Source: Octopus sinensis
Taxonomy: Eukaryota
DNA length: 64,000 nucleotides
Direction: 5' to 3'
Assembly (NCBI RefSeq): GCF_006345805.1
Contig: NC_042998.1
Location: 105,586,001-105,650,000 of the forward strand
Shown here in pieces: positions 13,270 to 26,520 of the stretch. Position 1 is the first letter of the stretch; each line of letters opens with the position of its first letter. The position numbers and the translations under genes were made by a program. The notes beneath the pieces were generated by a model. It did not search any database. It saw nothing but the letters and a program-made list of their open reading frames with translations, and was not told the DNA's origin.

Positions 13270-13819
13270 GGCATCCAGTGTTTTAAATCCAGGTTTTGTC
13301 CCCATTAACAGGAGTCGCCAGATCTACCTCATTGCCATAGCAACCGAGGTAGGCAGGTACAGCCCACCCCAACTTTTGGGCTGGCTGGCTGGCTGGTGCC
13401 CATTCCCCCTTTACTGTCATGAGGCCTTTTTTGGAGCTGGATTTTCTATGGGGAGCATGCCCTTGCTTGCCCCCAACCTCAGTTTCTAGACATGAGTGGT
13501 CCTGAGACCAAGGCCTCTACCATGATTTTTAAGAAATGTGGTGGAAAACTAGCTCAGAAAGGCAAGAACACTATCCCCTGAGACCCCTTTCGGAGCCCCC
13601 TATATAACAATTCAAATTTATGCAAATTAGGTTATCATAGGTGCAAGAGTGGCTGTGTGGTAAGTAGCTTGCTTACCAGCCATATGGTTCTGAGTTCAAT
13701 CCCACTATGTGGCATCTTGGGAAAGTTTCTTCTACTAGAGCCTTGGCCCTATGGCAATGAGGTAGATCTGGCGACCCCTGTTAATGGGGACAAAACCTGG
13801 ATTTAAAACACTGGATGCC

Positions 13820-13850
<31 letters not shown>

Positions 13851-13958
13851 ATAATGTAAAATATGTTGCATTTTTTTGATAAGCAAATTTTGCTTCTGAT
13901 TAACTGTATTGATCCCATTTTTTCTACAATGGTGAGATAAAAATGATGCTGTTACTAT
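13131..13958. repeat. 210-bp inverted duplication (13131-13340 and 13749-13958)
   Basis: 2 mismatches in 210 bp; the (CAG)7 tract has the same length in both copies. Confidence 0.95.
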
Positions 13959-14258
13959 GCCTTGTGAGTGGATTTGGTAGACGGAAACTGAAAGAAGCTG
14001 GTCGTATATATGTATATATATATATATATGTATGTGTGTGTATATATTTGTGTGTCTGTGTTTGTTCCCCCAACATCGCTTGACAACTGATGCTGGTGTG
14101 TTTATGTCCCCGTAACTTAGTGGTTTGGCAAAAGAGACCGATAGAATAAGTACAATAAGTACTAGGCTTACAAAGAATAAGTCCTGGGGTTGATTTTCTT
14201 GACTAAAGGCAGTGCTCCAGCATGGCCACAATCAAATGACTGAAACAAGTAAAAAGAG
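13640..14258 (+). mobile_element. tRNA-type SINE, family B, interrupted by the 13749-13958 insertion
   Basis: Head GTGGCTGTGTGGTAAGTAGCTTGCTTACC, body GCCTTGTGAGTGGATTTGGTAGACGGAAACTGAAAGAAG, tail CAAATGACTGAAACAAGTAAAA; uninterrupted reverse copy at 50356-50778. Confidence 0.85.
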
Positions 14259-16159
14259 CAGGTTAAGTAACTGCATAAATAATCTCTAATTACCTCAATG
14301 TGCGTAATATAAGTCATTGATGTAATAGATGTGTGTTAATATATTTACATGTATACACATGTGACATCAGAGTACAGCTAAGCCATTCTCACAATCAACC
14401 AAAGAATAGATGGTTGACACTTTGATGCCAAGATAACTGTATTGCAACGTTGGTCATGATACAACCAGTGACCCGCAAACCTGCTGACTATTATCTCATT
14501 ACTGCCATGGCCACAACACCTCTGAACTCTCTAGTTGCTTATCAACTGCTTTCGCATTCATCCATTGCATTCACCTCTCTTCTTCTTGTAGTACCTTCTA
14601 TATGTCACTCTTCACAATTTTCACCAACCATATTTGAATTCTCATTCCTTGTAAGTCTTTTTACATCAGTTATTTTTTTCTTGCAGGCATTAAAAATGTT
14701 TAAGATTAATATGTATTGTAAGGATTGTACTAATCTCAAAAAAACCTGTAAAGGACCTTGATCTTTCTTCATTAAAAAACACACACACATACATAAAACA
14801 CACACACATAAAGCACAAAAAAATATTCTCAAAAATTTTGGTCCACTGAGCTGAAAGTAGTTACTGCAGAGTAGGAAGGAAATGCTGCTGGAAGCATTGG
14901 TGCCAGTGGAAGATTGACAAGAAGTGCTTTAGTTTAAAGTGTTGAAGTCAACTCCTCATGCAAGTTTGGAGAAACCACTTTAGTATTCACTCTCAGACTA
15001 GAGGGTTCCAATTATTTCTGTTTAACCAATCGATCCAGACTCTGGTACAGATTACAGATACTGTGTGTGTACATGTGTGTGCATGCTTGCATGCACACAG
15101 GTGTGTGTGTAAAAGAGAAAAAAAATGGGAAAGAGAGAGAGAGTCAGAGGCTAGAGAAAGCTGGCTCATATACTTAGACAAAGAAGTCCAACACTAGCTG
15201 CATATCTTATTTGGTTATGAGAGATTCTCTAATGTATTCATATAACATTTCTACAAAATATAGGCATGTCTTTTATTCTTCTTTTACTGGCTCTGGTCAT
15301 TGAATTATTGTCATGCTGCAGCCTTATCTTCAAGGGATTTTAACCAATTATGTTGACACCCCACCACCAGCACCACCACCATTATATTACCCAGTTTATT
15401 TCATCAGTATCAAAAGATACGAAATGCAAAGTGAGCATTGTCTCAAGGAGAGATAGCTCAGTCAGACATAAATACCTGCCATAGGATTGTTTTTTAATGC
15501 ACATCTTTCACCCCATGTTGATATATTCATTCAACAGTGTAATCAACAAGTTTGTTTCAGAATCACATGGTTTGGAGTATGCTCTCACTGCATGGGCATT
15601 GTTGGCTGGCATCCTCTGCTATAGCCATGGGTTGACTCCAACACATTGTGAATGAAAGACAGAAACTGGAAAAAGCCAATCATATGTGTGAGTATATGTA
15701 TATGTATGTATACATATGTGTGCTCGTCTATAATGATATAAATAATATATGTATATGTATGTATATATATATATATATGCATATATGGGTACAGGACGTC
15801 ACTGTGTAAACAACATGAAGGATGAAAACAAAAACGAATTAAATACACAAACAATGAGAGAAAATAATGGAAAAAGGGACAAGTAACACAAAGAACGACC
15901 CTTCATCAGTTGTCAGCTGTCTATCTACTCCTCATTTCAGGCATTCAATGACAATATAAGTCTTCGAAGACAGTTGGTCCCATAAATTCTAAAATAAAAT
16001 TTTGGATTTATGGAGGGTTAAAGATGGGGACAAAAACAGGACAGTGAAGACATACAAGGAAACTGAATGAAAACAAACATGGAGACAAATATGGAGACAA
16101 GAAACATGGAGACAAACATGGAGACAAGAAAGCGAGGAAAATAGTGAACACTGGGAGAA

Positions 16160-17121
16160 ATATTTTCTTTGAAAAGAGAAATGATATAAGAGAGAGATAG
16201 AAGATATCCAGTCCCTAGAATGTCACACAGAAAAAGAAAGATGGTCATGTGGGGAAAAGAAAGATGGGCGATGGTCTTGTGTGAGCAATGAGAGAGAGAG
16301 AAAAGCGAAAGAAGGGGAGAGAGAGAGAGAGATAGAAAACAAGGAAGGGGAGAAAAAGGGAATTAGAGAAGGATGGGGAAGAAAACAGTATAGAGTTGCA
16401 TCAAAAAGGTTAAGATAAACCTACTTAGAAATGGATGCATGGCATTCAATTAAATAATAATATGAATAATATATATATATGTGAATGTATGTATGTATGT
16501 ATATACATACACACATTCATATATGCATATATGGGTATAGGACCTCACCAACTGTGTAAACAACATGAAGTATAAAAATAAACGAGTTAAATACACTAAC
16601 AACAAGAGGAAAAAATGGAAAACAGGAGCAAATTTCTTCGAAGACTCATATTGTCATTAAATGCTCGAAATGAGGAGTAGATAGACAGCCAACAACTGAT
16701 GAAGGGTAGTTCTTTGTGTTACTTATCCTGTTTTCCATTTTTTCTCTCGTTGTTTGTGTATTTAAGTTGTTTGTTTTCTTACTTCATGTTGTTTACACAG
16801 TTGGTGTGTCCTATGCCCATATATGTATACATATAATTTTTAATTGAATGCCATGCATCCATTTCCAGGTAAGATTATCTTAACCTATTTGATGCCTCTA
16901 CTCTATACTGTTTTCTCCCCCTTCCTTCTCTAATTCCCTTTTTCTCTCCTTCACCGTTTTCTCTCTCTCTCTCCCTCTATCTCTTTTTCTCTCTTATTGC
17001 TCACACATGACCATCGTCCATCTTTGTTTTCCCCACATGACCATCTTTTCCTGCACAACAATCTAAGGACTGGACATCTTCTATCTCTTTCGTCTATCAT
17101 TTCTCTTTTCAAAGAAAATAT
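16160..17121. repeat. Diverged large inverted repeat (arms about 16160-16627 and 16726-17121), with an extra direct copy of one sub-block at about 15780-15965; possibly Penelope pseudo-LTR derived
   Basis: GGATGCATGGCATTCAATTAAA..CCAACTGTGTAAACAACATGAAGT matches the reverse complement of the right arm. The PLE assignment is inference only. Confidence 0.8.
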
Positions 17122-17171
17122 CAAGTAGGGATGCAGTACGACCGTGGTCGTACTGCATCCCTACTTGATAT
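17118..17171. repeat. Perfect 26-bp-arm palindrome with a 2-nt loop
   Basis: ATATCAAGTAGGGATGCAGTACGACC-GT-GGTCGTACTGCATCCCTACTTGATAT. Confidence 0.97.
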
Positions 17172-17280
17172 CCTGTTGCTTATTTTGATTTTATTCACCT
17201 TACTTCGAGCTGTGTGGATGATACGGGACCTACTTGATGCTTCAACTTAAGTACCTAATTCAAGTGAATCTTTATTATTT

Positions 17281-17393
<113 letters not shown>

Positions 17394-18166
17394 GGAGAGA
17401 GAGAGAGAAAGAGAGAGACAGACAGATAGATAGGTAAGTGTATGTGTATTTGGCAGTTTGTCTTTTAATTGCTTCAGTCTTCAGATTGTCGCCATGCTGG
17501 GGCACCACTTTGAAGAATATTAGTCAAATAAATCTACCCCATAACTTATTTTCTGTCTTTTAAGCCTGATACTTACTCTATCAGCCTCTTTTGCCAAACC
17601 ACTCACTTATGGGTACCTAAACACAACAACACTGGTTGTGAAGCAGTGGTTGGAGACAAACACAAACAAATTAGACCATATGCTCAGAGCCTAAACATAG
17701 CTTAGAGACACAAGATGTGTTATAAAAACATGCCCAGACCCATTTCTCAAGCAAGAAACTGTTGATAGCTTGTATCTTTGTGCTGTATTCCTTATCTGTG
17801 TACATTATCAGAATGAGCAAAAGGTTCTTTTGAACCATCTTTGATTCAAGACTAACTACCAAAATGTTTACCTAAATCTTAAAAAAATTTTTTTTTTTAA
17901 ATTTTGCTTGTTATGAAATGGTGATAGAAATCAAAGTAGATAAAACTATAAATAATAGCAAACATGATATTGGGTTTAAAAAAACCTCGGATGGACAGCC
18001 TTTGACTTTTTTTCCTCCAAAGACTTCTTTTAACCTTATATTCTACATGCTATAATTCATAGCTTTATCTACTTTGACTTCTATCATATAAACAATTTGC
18101 TTAGAATGTTTTGATGTGTCACTTCTAAAGAACGAATGAATATAAGAAGCTTTCTCTTCTTGTTAG

Positions 18167-18253
18167 AACCCCCAAAGTGACATGCTGTTCATTGTCAGTG
18201 ATGAGAATGCCAAAGTGGGAACAATTTCACACAAGATTGCTGACACAGCAATG
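18167..18253 (+). CDS. Candidate isolated 87-nt coding exon (NPQSDMLFIVSDENAKVGTISHKIADTAM), product unknown
   Basis: Pyrimidine-rich acceptor TTTCTCTTCTTGTTAG, donor ATG|GTATGT, open phase-0 frame, non-repetitive sequence. No homology recognised and no partner exons established. Confidence 0.25.
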
Positions 18254-18844
18254 GTATGTTACTTCTCAGCATCAGACAAATCACTACACTAGATTCCACT
18301 ATTCAGATCACCAATTATGTCTGTTACTACAAAATGGAAGGACCAAAAACCAAACCGTCATTCTAGTTTCCATTGTACATCGTCCCTCTAAGATAGTCAA
18401 GCCTATTAAGAGGATGAAGAAAGACTGGAAACCAATTTAATGCAGATCCTGCTTTAATTTGGGCAAAAATTTTAATTTGATGAAGGTTAACTCCCACAAA
18501 ACTCAGCCAAGGTGTTCCAACCCCATAAAAAACAACTAAAATACAAGAAACTTTCTTCATTGAAATGTACAGTTTGCTTCACACATCTCAACACATGTCT
18601 CACCAATGATAGCAACTCTATACTGACATTATTAATGTGATGATTAAAGACTATGTCCAAACTATATTGAAAGAACATCTTGGCTTCGGCAAAGAAGAAC
18701 TGAGAATCTGGTCAGATCCATTCAATTAGTTGTCAGCACTTCTGAAAAATTAACATCTCTGAAAAACAAACCTGTTTATTGTTGTTTGAAAAATTAACCT
18801 CCAGAACCACTTAATAATGTTGAAACAAATACAAGGACAACATT

Positions 18845-19057
18845 CTTTTCTACTCTAAGCACAAGGCCTGAAATTTTGGGGAAAGGGTCCAGTTGATTAG
18901 ACCAACCCCAGTATGCAATGGTACTTAATTTATCGACCCCGAAAGGATGAAAGGCAAAGTCAGTCTTGGTGGAATTTGAACTCAGAACATAAAGACAGAC
19001 AAAATACTGCTAAGCATTTCGCCTGGCATACTAACGTTTCTGCCAGCTCACCACCTT
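18845..19057 (-). mobile_element. SINE family A
   Basis: Reverse complement of the family A head, core and tail. Confidence 0.85.
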
Positions 19058-19923
19058 ATTATTACCTCTACTATATTGAAAGAACATCTTGGCTCCACTA
19101 TGAAGTAGACAACAGCAACTGAAGATAGTTGTAAATTCTCTCATCCTGCATCATCTGACAAATGGTAAGCGAATCATGGACAATGTTATTTGCAACTTTG
19201 GTGTTTATTTTATCATTAGTCTTGAAGCTTGTGTTTCTCACTTCAGAGAATAATAGTTTGAAAACCTGCTCAACAGAAATCGATCCAGACATTCAATGAA
19301 ACATTTTCTCGGTAAAAGTATTTTCTGCATGTTGATTGAAGTTTCCCAAGACTTGAAGAGATCAACATTTTGATCAGAGAGCTAAAATATGAGTATCCCA
19401 GTGAAGCATGTTTTCCAGTCAAATTTTTGAAGTACCACTCTGGTCCTTTTCGAAATTGGTAGCACAAAATCACTCAAACACTTCCTCAATATGTTATCAT
19501 ATTAACATTTTCCAAAACAGGATTGTAGGGGGGAAAAGGTAACCACAGTTGTATCAGGTCTAAATAACAATGCCACCAAATTTTTCACAGTGAATCTCCT
19601 TGTTTGTTTCAAAATATGTAATCACTAAACTATACCAAACTAATATTGATCTGTCCAGGCAAATAATTTAAAAGCGAATTGTTTATAACCTTCAACCCAA
19701 GAGCAAAAGCCATGCCCCCAAGCAAGGGCAAATATCATTTACACTGAATTTCCTGCTAATTTTGATTCTGTGGGTTAAAAATGTTATAAAATTTATAAAT
19801 TGGATGGTTTGCCGCCCCTACAAGTACGCTTGCACCAAGGTCAGGGAGGAAAATTATTTCATTGAAATATACTGTCACTTATGTCAGATATGCCCATTTT
19901 TCTCCCTTCCTGGTCAACTAGAT

Positions 19924-20181
19924 CAGTGGTTATCAATCAGGGTCCATATGACCCTTGGGGGTCCATATAAGATTTTGATACTAAAATTTATGTACAATAA
20001 ACTGGTTATGCTTCTACAATACACAAAATATTCTGCTGATTTTTATTTTTAAAACTCTTAATAATATCTAATTGTAAGAATTTAATAGGATTTTTTAAAA
20101 CATCAAATGTTTATGAGGGTCCAACCAAGCAAAATAGGAATGAAGGGGATCCTTAGGTAACAGAATGGCTGAGAACCACTG
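19924..20181. mobile_element. Non-autonomous hAT (Charlie-like) MITE
   Basis: TIRs CAGTGGTTATCAA...TGAGAACCACTG; 8-bp flanks AACTAGAT/AATTAGAA (6/8 match, similar to the NTCTAGAN preference). Confidence 0.75.
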
Positions 20182-21497
20182 AATTAGAAGGTTGATTAGA
20201 GATACTGAAATATGATGTTGAAAAACATCCACTTATTAAAGTCTCCCCTACATTATAATTGTGGATCTCAATTAAGCTGATGACATGTCATTATTTGCTT
20301 CATTCTAAGATTATGTGTGTGTGTGCGTTTACATGTGCATGCGCACACATACACACACACACAAACATGCATACTCACACACATATATATGTATAGTCAT
20401 TGAGTGTGTATGTGTGTGTGAGAGAGAGACACACACAGAGCAAAAGAGAGCTTGTGTTTGTGTAAGTATATAAGTTTGTGTCTATAAAACAACTATAAAA
20501 TATTTATGCTTTTTATCTATATCTAATTTCTTACAGAAATATTGAACTACTATATTTGCAAGTATTTCATAATTAATTACAAAATTAATTGTGCACAAAT
20601 TAATTAAATATTTCATTTATATTTTGAAATTAAAACTAATTTTCCATAATATAATCTCTATAGATTTTTTTTCCTTTTTTTAAAAAAAGAAAAATTAATC
20701 ATTTGTTGCAATCAGTATTCAAAAACAGTCGGTGCAGTGCAGCAAACAATATACAGCTATCAGAAGTTTCTCGGATCAAAACTGTCTGTGTGTGCATTTG
20801 AAGTTTTATCAGTCATAGAAGAGATCTATAAGAAAGTTTCATAAATTCATATACCATAAAGAGTGAAGAATCTAATGTTTTGAATCTGTGTTGTCACAAC
20901 ACTTTTCTCCTTAGACTTTCTCATAGATGAATGACAAGGTCTAAATTGATTAATTCTTTTCAGGGCAGACAGCATCAGTGGCAGAAAATTCTGGTGTTCA
21001 CACTATAAGTAATGCTTGGTAAATGGGGGATCATAAGATCACAATCAATCTTATTTGTTTGCAAGGCATTTTAGAAGAAGACAGAACACTCTTATTCTAC
21101 TCTCTCATTTCATCTGAGACAAAAATGGCCATTGAGCTAATCATTTTAAAATCAGTAAATCAATGGGACTCATTTGATAATGTTGTCCTGTATTTGCTAT
21201 GCATACGCTATGTCTAAGAATCTGATGGTATGGTCACATTTGGAAAACCATTGACTATTGGTCTTCTGAAACAGGACTGTTCTGGACTTAAACAAGAACA
21301 TCAACAAATGGACACTACTGAAAATTTTAGGCATCTGATCTTAGTGCAGTTATCTTTCTTACTTGTTGTTTTAGATTTTATTTTAATCACTACAAGGAAT
21401 AGTTTTTATCAATTAGTTACTTGAATAACCTCATTTAACCACAGATTTTCAACTCGTTATATTACATATGTATTCCCCTAACACACAGACATATATG

Positions 21498-21552
<55 letters not shown>

Positions 21553-22073
21553 TTCAAGATTCTTCCCTAATGCGTTTTCCCTCAATCATATTGTTGATAT
21601 ACATAGTCAATGTAAGTATATTCCCTCTATATATAAATAGCTGAATTGGTCCTTCATAGTCTTGTCATTGAGGAAAACAGACTTCAGTGAGGAAGACCAA
21701 GACTAAAACATGTTTGTTTTCACTCTCATCAGTTGGTTTTTAAAAGACTATATTCACCACAATCTGCATTGTTTACAAAACACAAACATTTTAATCAATT
21801 AATTTTATTAGAATTATCCCCCTTGTTGGTTGCTTATCCATAAATGGAGTTCTGTCTGCCAATAGGAATATGCCCATGAATCCTCTATGGGCAAGTATTC
21901 ACACTGAAGAGATCTTGAAGTACACATCATCAAGGTGAAGCTCCTTCTTCATAGCTATTTCCTTTGTATATAGTCAGTTACATTGACAAGACAACACTGA
22001 ATGAATGACAGATTGTGACATATTTTTGTTGACAAAAAGGAGAAACTAGTAGGACTCACAGTTACTAAGTAAA

Positions 22074-22078
22074 GTGTG

Positions 22079-22154
<76 letters not shown>

Positions 22155-22178
22155 TGTGTGTGTGTGTGTGTGTGTGTG
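22074..22178. repeat. Compound (TG)n-(TGCG)n-(TG)n alternating purine-pyrimidine tract
   Basis: Direct; about 19 uninterrupted TGCG units. Confidence 0.95.
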
Positions 22179-24539
22179 ATGTTTACTTTCCTTTGATACT
22201 TCACTACAGAAAAACTACCCAAACTTTTTTCCCACAGTAAAAATATTTTGAAATTTGAATTGAGGAAGAAACTTGTTTTTGTTGTATAGTGTCAGTCAAT
22301 CCTATCTGGGTATACCCCCAATCAAAAGCTCTTTGCTACGACCACTTCATCTTTTATTCAAACATAATACACCCTAAACTCTATACTCCTATTAAATGGT
22401 AATGTGTGCTTTACGAGTAGATCTGGCTGCTATTTCTTGCTCATCAGGTAACCTTGAAGAGAATTGCTCTATGAAACTGGAGATGTCTTTTCCATTATAG
22501 AAATATCTTGAATTTACATTAAAGCAAAAATGGAGAAGCATCATGTAACTGCTTAGATATATGATGTTTCTTTGTTCCTTATTATCATTGAAAGTAAGCT
22601 TTACAAACTTCCATTCGTCACTAGAGTTCATTGATTTAAGAGCCAACTAAATCTGTAAAATGATCCCTTCATTTACAAAATAAGATTTCTTATGTTTGTC
22701 CATTATCAGATGCTAAAAAATAAAGCTAAGTAGAATCTCATGCTATTTAAACATAAACAGCAGGTCTGATTTTTTAAAAGTTCTCTGAATTACTGGAGAT
22801 TGTTTCTCAAACTCTCTTTTAAGTTTTCAAAAATATACAGTAACAAGATAGGAAAGCTTTTTATATTGTCTTCTGATGAAAGTTACTTTAATATAGAAAA
22901 TATCAAATTATAAATCTAAACCATGAACAAAACTACCACAGTAAAAATCAAATTGTCTTATAAAGACCAGAAATATTTATGCTTCATATTTCTTGAGAAA
23001 AGGATTTCAGTTTTTAGAAAACAATAATTCTTGTACTAATGTTCATACTTTCAATTTCCCTTGTTTTTTTGTTTTTTTAGGTTATTTGCTCATATGTGCC
23101 ACAGAAACAAAATTTTTAGTTTTCTGCAAGATGTTTCAAAAAGTGGATTGTGTCATCTGAATATGTATAAGTCAGGACATACAAGGGTCTTAAATTATTA
23201 CCAGAAGATGATAAGATTAATGCTGTTTCTTTTAATTAATAGACTTACAATTAATATTAAATGTGAGAGGGAAGACCACTGGAGTGTCAGACAAAATGGC
23301 TTTCTGTAATTTATTCATCCAATGATATAAAAATATAACCTTACTTGAAGCAGGTATACGTTGGCAACAGGAAAGGCATCCAACCATAGAAAATCTGTCT
23401 CAATAAATTCGACCTGACCCATGGAAGAATGGAAAAGTGGATTTTATAACAATAACAATGAGGATGATATTGTTGCCCTCATTATCCCAATATGACCATT
23501 GCTCCTGTTTCTGGCTTGCACATTGTTGAAAGTTCACCAGAAGACTGAAGGTAATATTTTGCCTTTGTGTGAAATTTCATTTCCAGACTTTTACCATAGA
23601 TGAAACAGTTTGCAAAAGTACCTTTCTAAAATTAGTATAGGCTAACTGGCCATTACCTTTCAATGTGAAGAATGAAAGGTTGTCATCCCTTTTAGGCATT
23701 ACAGCAGAAAGAAAAACCGTTGTAGTACAGTGAAACATAGAAATTTTTAATAAATCAGGAATAAAGAAGAGAGAGAGAAAGACTCAGTCTGTAGCATATT
23801 TTCCAAGTGAAGAGAGTTTAATCTTGACAATTTGGCAAACTGATTGAAATTTGTGCTGGTAAACTATTATGCACTATTCATATAGCTGGCAGCATAATTA
23901 CTTTAGATAATGTAAATTGCATTAATATTTCTGAAGACAAAAATAACTTGAATTGTCTTAAGTTTTAATATACAATGTTATTGCTTTAAGAAATAGTTTA
24001 CATGTTTAGTTTCAAAAGATAATGCTTTTTCACATGAACATTCCTACCTGCCAATACCAAAAAAACATATATGCTACTTTGCTACAATAATATTGGATGT
24101 GTGTTTGTGTGTGTGTGTGTCTGCATGTGAATGTACATGAGTGTTCATATGCATTAGTCTAATTAAAACTATTTATCTAAATTTTCAATTCATTTTACAC
24201 ACACACATATCTATATATAGCCATTAAAACATATATCAGGAAAGAAGCACACTCTAAAAAATGGAGAAGTAACTATTAAAACAGTTAAAATCTGTTCATA
24301 GAGTTACCAAAGATCTTATATCCATGAAAGCTACAGCCATGTGGACAACTCATCAGATTCTATACAAGGACAAAAAAAATTAAACTTTTCTATCATGCAG
24401 ATGTGAGGAAACACTGAGATATCAAAATTTGACAGCTAACATATAAAAACATTAATAAGGATGGGTCATCTCCCATAGACCAGGGGATAAATAAACCCTT
24501 ACAGACCCGAAATAGCCAAACCAGCAAACAGAGAGATCC

Positions 24540-24900
24540 AATTTTCTAAAAGGTAGTGCTTGAAATGGACACATTTAGAGAAAACACGCCAAATTTAGCA
24601 TAATCCTTCAAATTTTGGTTCTCTCCATGATGCAGATTTTGCGACAGCCACTCCCATTAATATATGGGCCAAGATTATCTATTATTTTTCCACCTGATAC
24701 CACATAGGATCCCTTGATCTTTGCGGTGCCACACATTGCTGGCCAGGGACATGACAAAGCATCTTTCTGGGACTCAAAAGGATGACTGGTGGTTGCAGAA
24801 GCAACATTGAAAGATGTACTGGCCAATCCAATATATTTACAAACTTAGGATGTGGCTATATTTGCACTCATGGTATATCTCTGGTAGGGTTCAGGCCTGG
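24540..24900 (-). mobile_element. Penelope-like element relic (GIY-YIG C-terminus)
   Basis: Across frameshifts: KYIGLASTSF..NHQSSF..SLASNVW..RWKIIDNLGPYINGSGCRKICIMERTKI, matching the PLE endonuclease pattern YIG..NH.SF..WKI..PY..C.LC..EK. Confidence 0.65.
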
Positions 24901-25119
24901 GAATGCTGTTGTTAACACTGTTGCTGATGTTCTTGATGTGGTACAATGATCCAGTAGTGATATCGCCCTGGCTATCATTTATGGTCATATCATCCCAAAA
25001 TACAATGTGTGTTTGTATATACATACATACACATATTTAAATAATATAAATTAATCATATGTATTGGCTTAAGTCTTTCATTGTTTGATTTGCCTAATAG
25101 TGGTTTTGTCTCTAATTTA

Positions 25120-25208
<89 letters not shown>

Positions 25209-25524
25209 TATATATGTATGTATGTATATATATGCATATTTATTTACATATATGTATATATATATATACTGTATACACACACATGCTAAACAAAAGCAGA
25301 AAATGCTTTGTAAACTTTATCATGAATACAAGGCAAAAAAGTTTTACATTTTTATCTAAATATGCTACTAGTTTCAATCATTTTAGACAATTTAGTCATG
25401 CCATATGAAAAGGAAAAATGAATTGAATTAATCTTTCACAATTCCAATTTTGAAAGTTTACATTACAAAATTTACAAGGTAGAAATTGTTGGTATCCTTC
25501 TGAATGCTGCTGGGTCATAATCGT

Positions 25525-25592
<68 letters not shown>

Positions 25593-26039
25593 ACATTTTT
25601 AGCAGTAGCAGTTTTCTCTTTCCCTTGTTGCAATGTTGATATTAAGGTGGGGTTTTGAAATGACATGAGGAATCATATGATATGTTGATGATGGTGGTGG
25701 TGGTGGATGTTGAAGTAACAGCAATGGCAGTAGTCATAGAAGCAGTAGCTGTATCAACTTCACTAGTAAAAGCTGTAGTAACATTCGTGAACAGTAGTTG
25801 TAGTAGTAGTGATGGAAATTGTAGAAGCTGTAAATGTAGTGGGAGTGGTTTGCTCCTCTCCTTCAATATCATTAGTGGAAGTAGTGGCTATAATAGCAGC
25901 AGATGCTGTAGTAGATGTGGTAGTTGCAGTGGTAGCAGCAGTACCTGATGTAGCTGTAACAGTTGTAATCTTTTCTCTCGTACAGTGGTTAAGTAGTTGT
26001 CAGTATTTCTTTATGAATGTTGTTGCTCTCTTAATGTGT

Positions 26040-26520
26040 TGCAGTTGCAATGTGCCATCAGTGAATTGATATAAGGAAAGATCATCAAAAAGTGTTTGCT
26101 GTTTGTTGCTAGGATATATGTCTATATGTTCAATGATTCCTATTAGTCTATACTCCAGTATTCAAATTAGTGATCTATACAGAGCTATGTATTGTCTTAA
26201 GGACATATTGGTGGGCCCTATGTAGTTTTCTTCACATCCTGTGATGGTCTTGCATAAATTACATTTTCAGATGTGCAGGTAAAGATATTTTTTATTTTGT
26301 GAAATTGCCCTTCTTCAAAACCCATCTGACAGATTTAAATATATACAGCAGTTTTATCTTCTGCATTTCTTTTACTGTTGGTCCTGTTCTTACTGTGTGG
26401 AGTTTGGCCAATGCTGATATTTTTTCATTGATTTAGGCTATATTTTGCCTTTTATAAGAGGATGAATATGAAAAATTTGGTTCATCTTAGAGTCCTTTCC
26501 CAATTTACACATCAATGTCA
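26040..26520 (-). mobile_element. Penelope-like element relic (GIY-YIG), different family
   Basis: FTCTSENVIYA..TGCEENYIGPTNMSLRQ..EHIDI, matching the PLE motif C.S.NVIY..C..C...YIG.T...LR.R..EH. Confidence 0.65.

Noticed and set aside
16630-16725. GAAA...AUA...CUGAUGA as a type II hammerhead
   Set aside because: Stem I does not pair.
21812-21934. Candidate + exon (IIPLVGCLSINGVLSANRNMPMNPLWASIHTEEILKYTSS); ILAHRG on the minus strand
   Set aside because: Weak donor (GTGAAG), phase incompatible with 18167-18253; the AHRG match lacks the rest of a GDPD motif and follows a stop.
22392-22646. 84-aa minus ORF
   Set aside because: No homology recognised; splice context weak.
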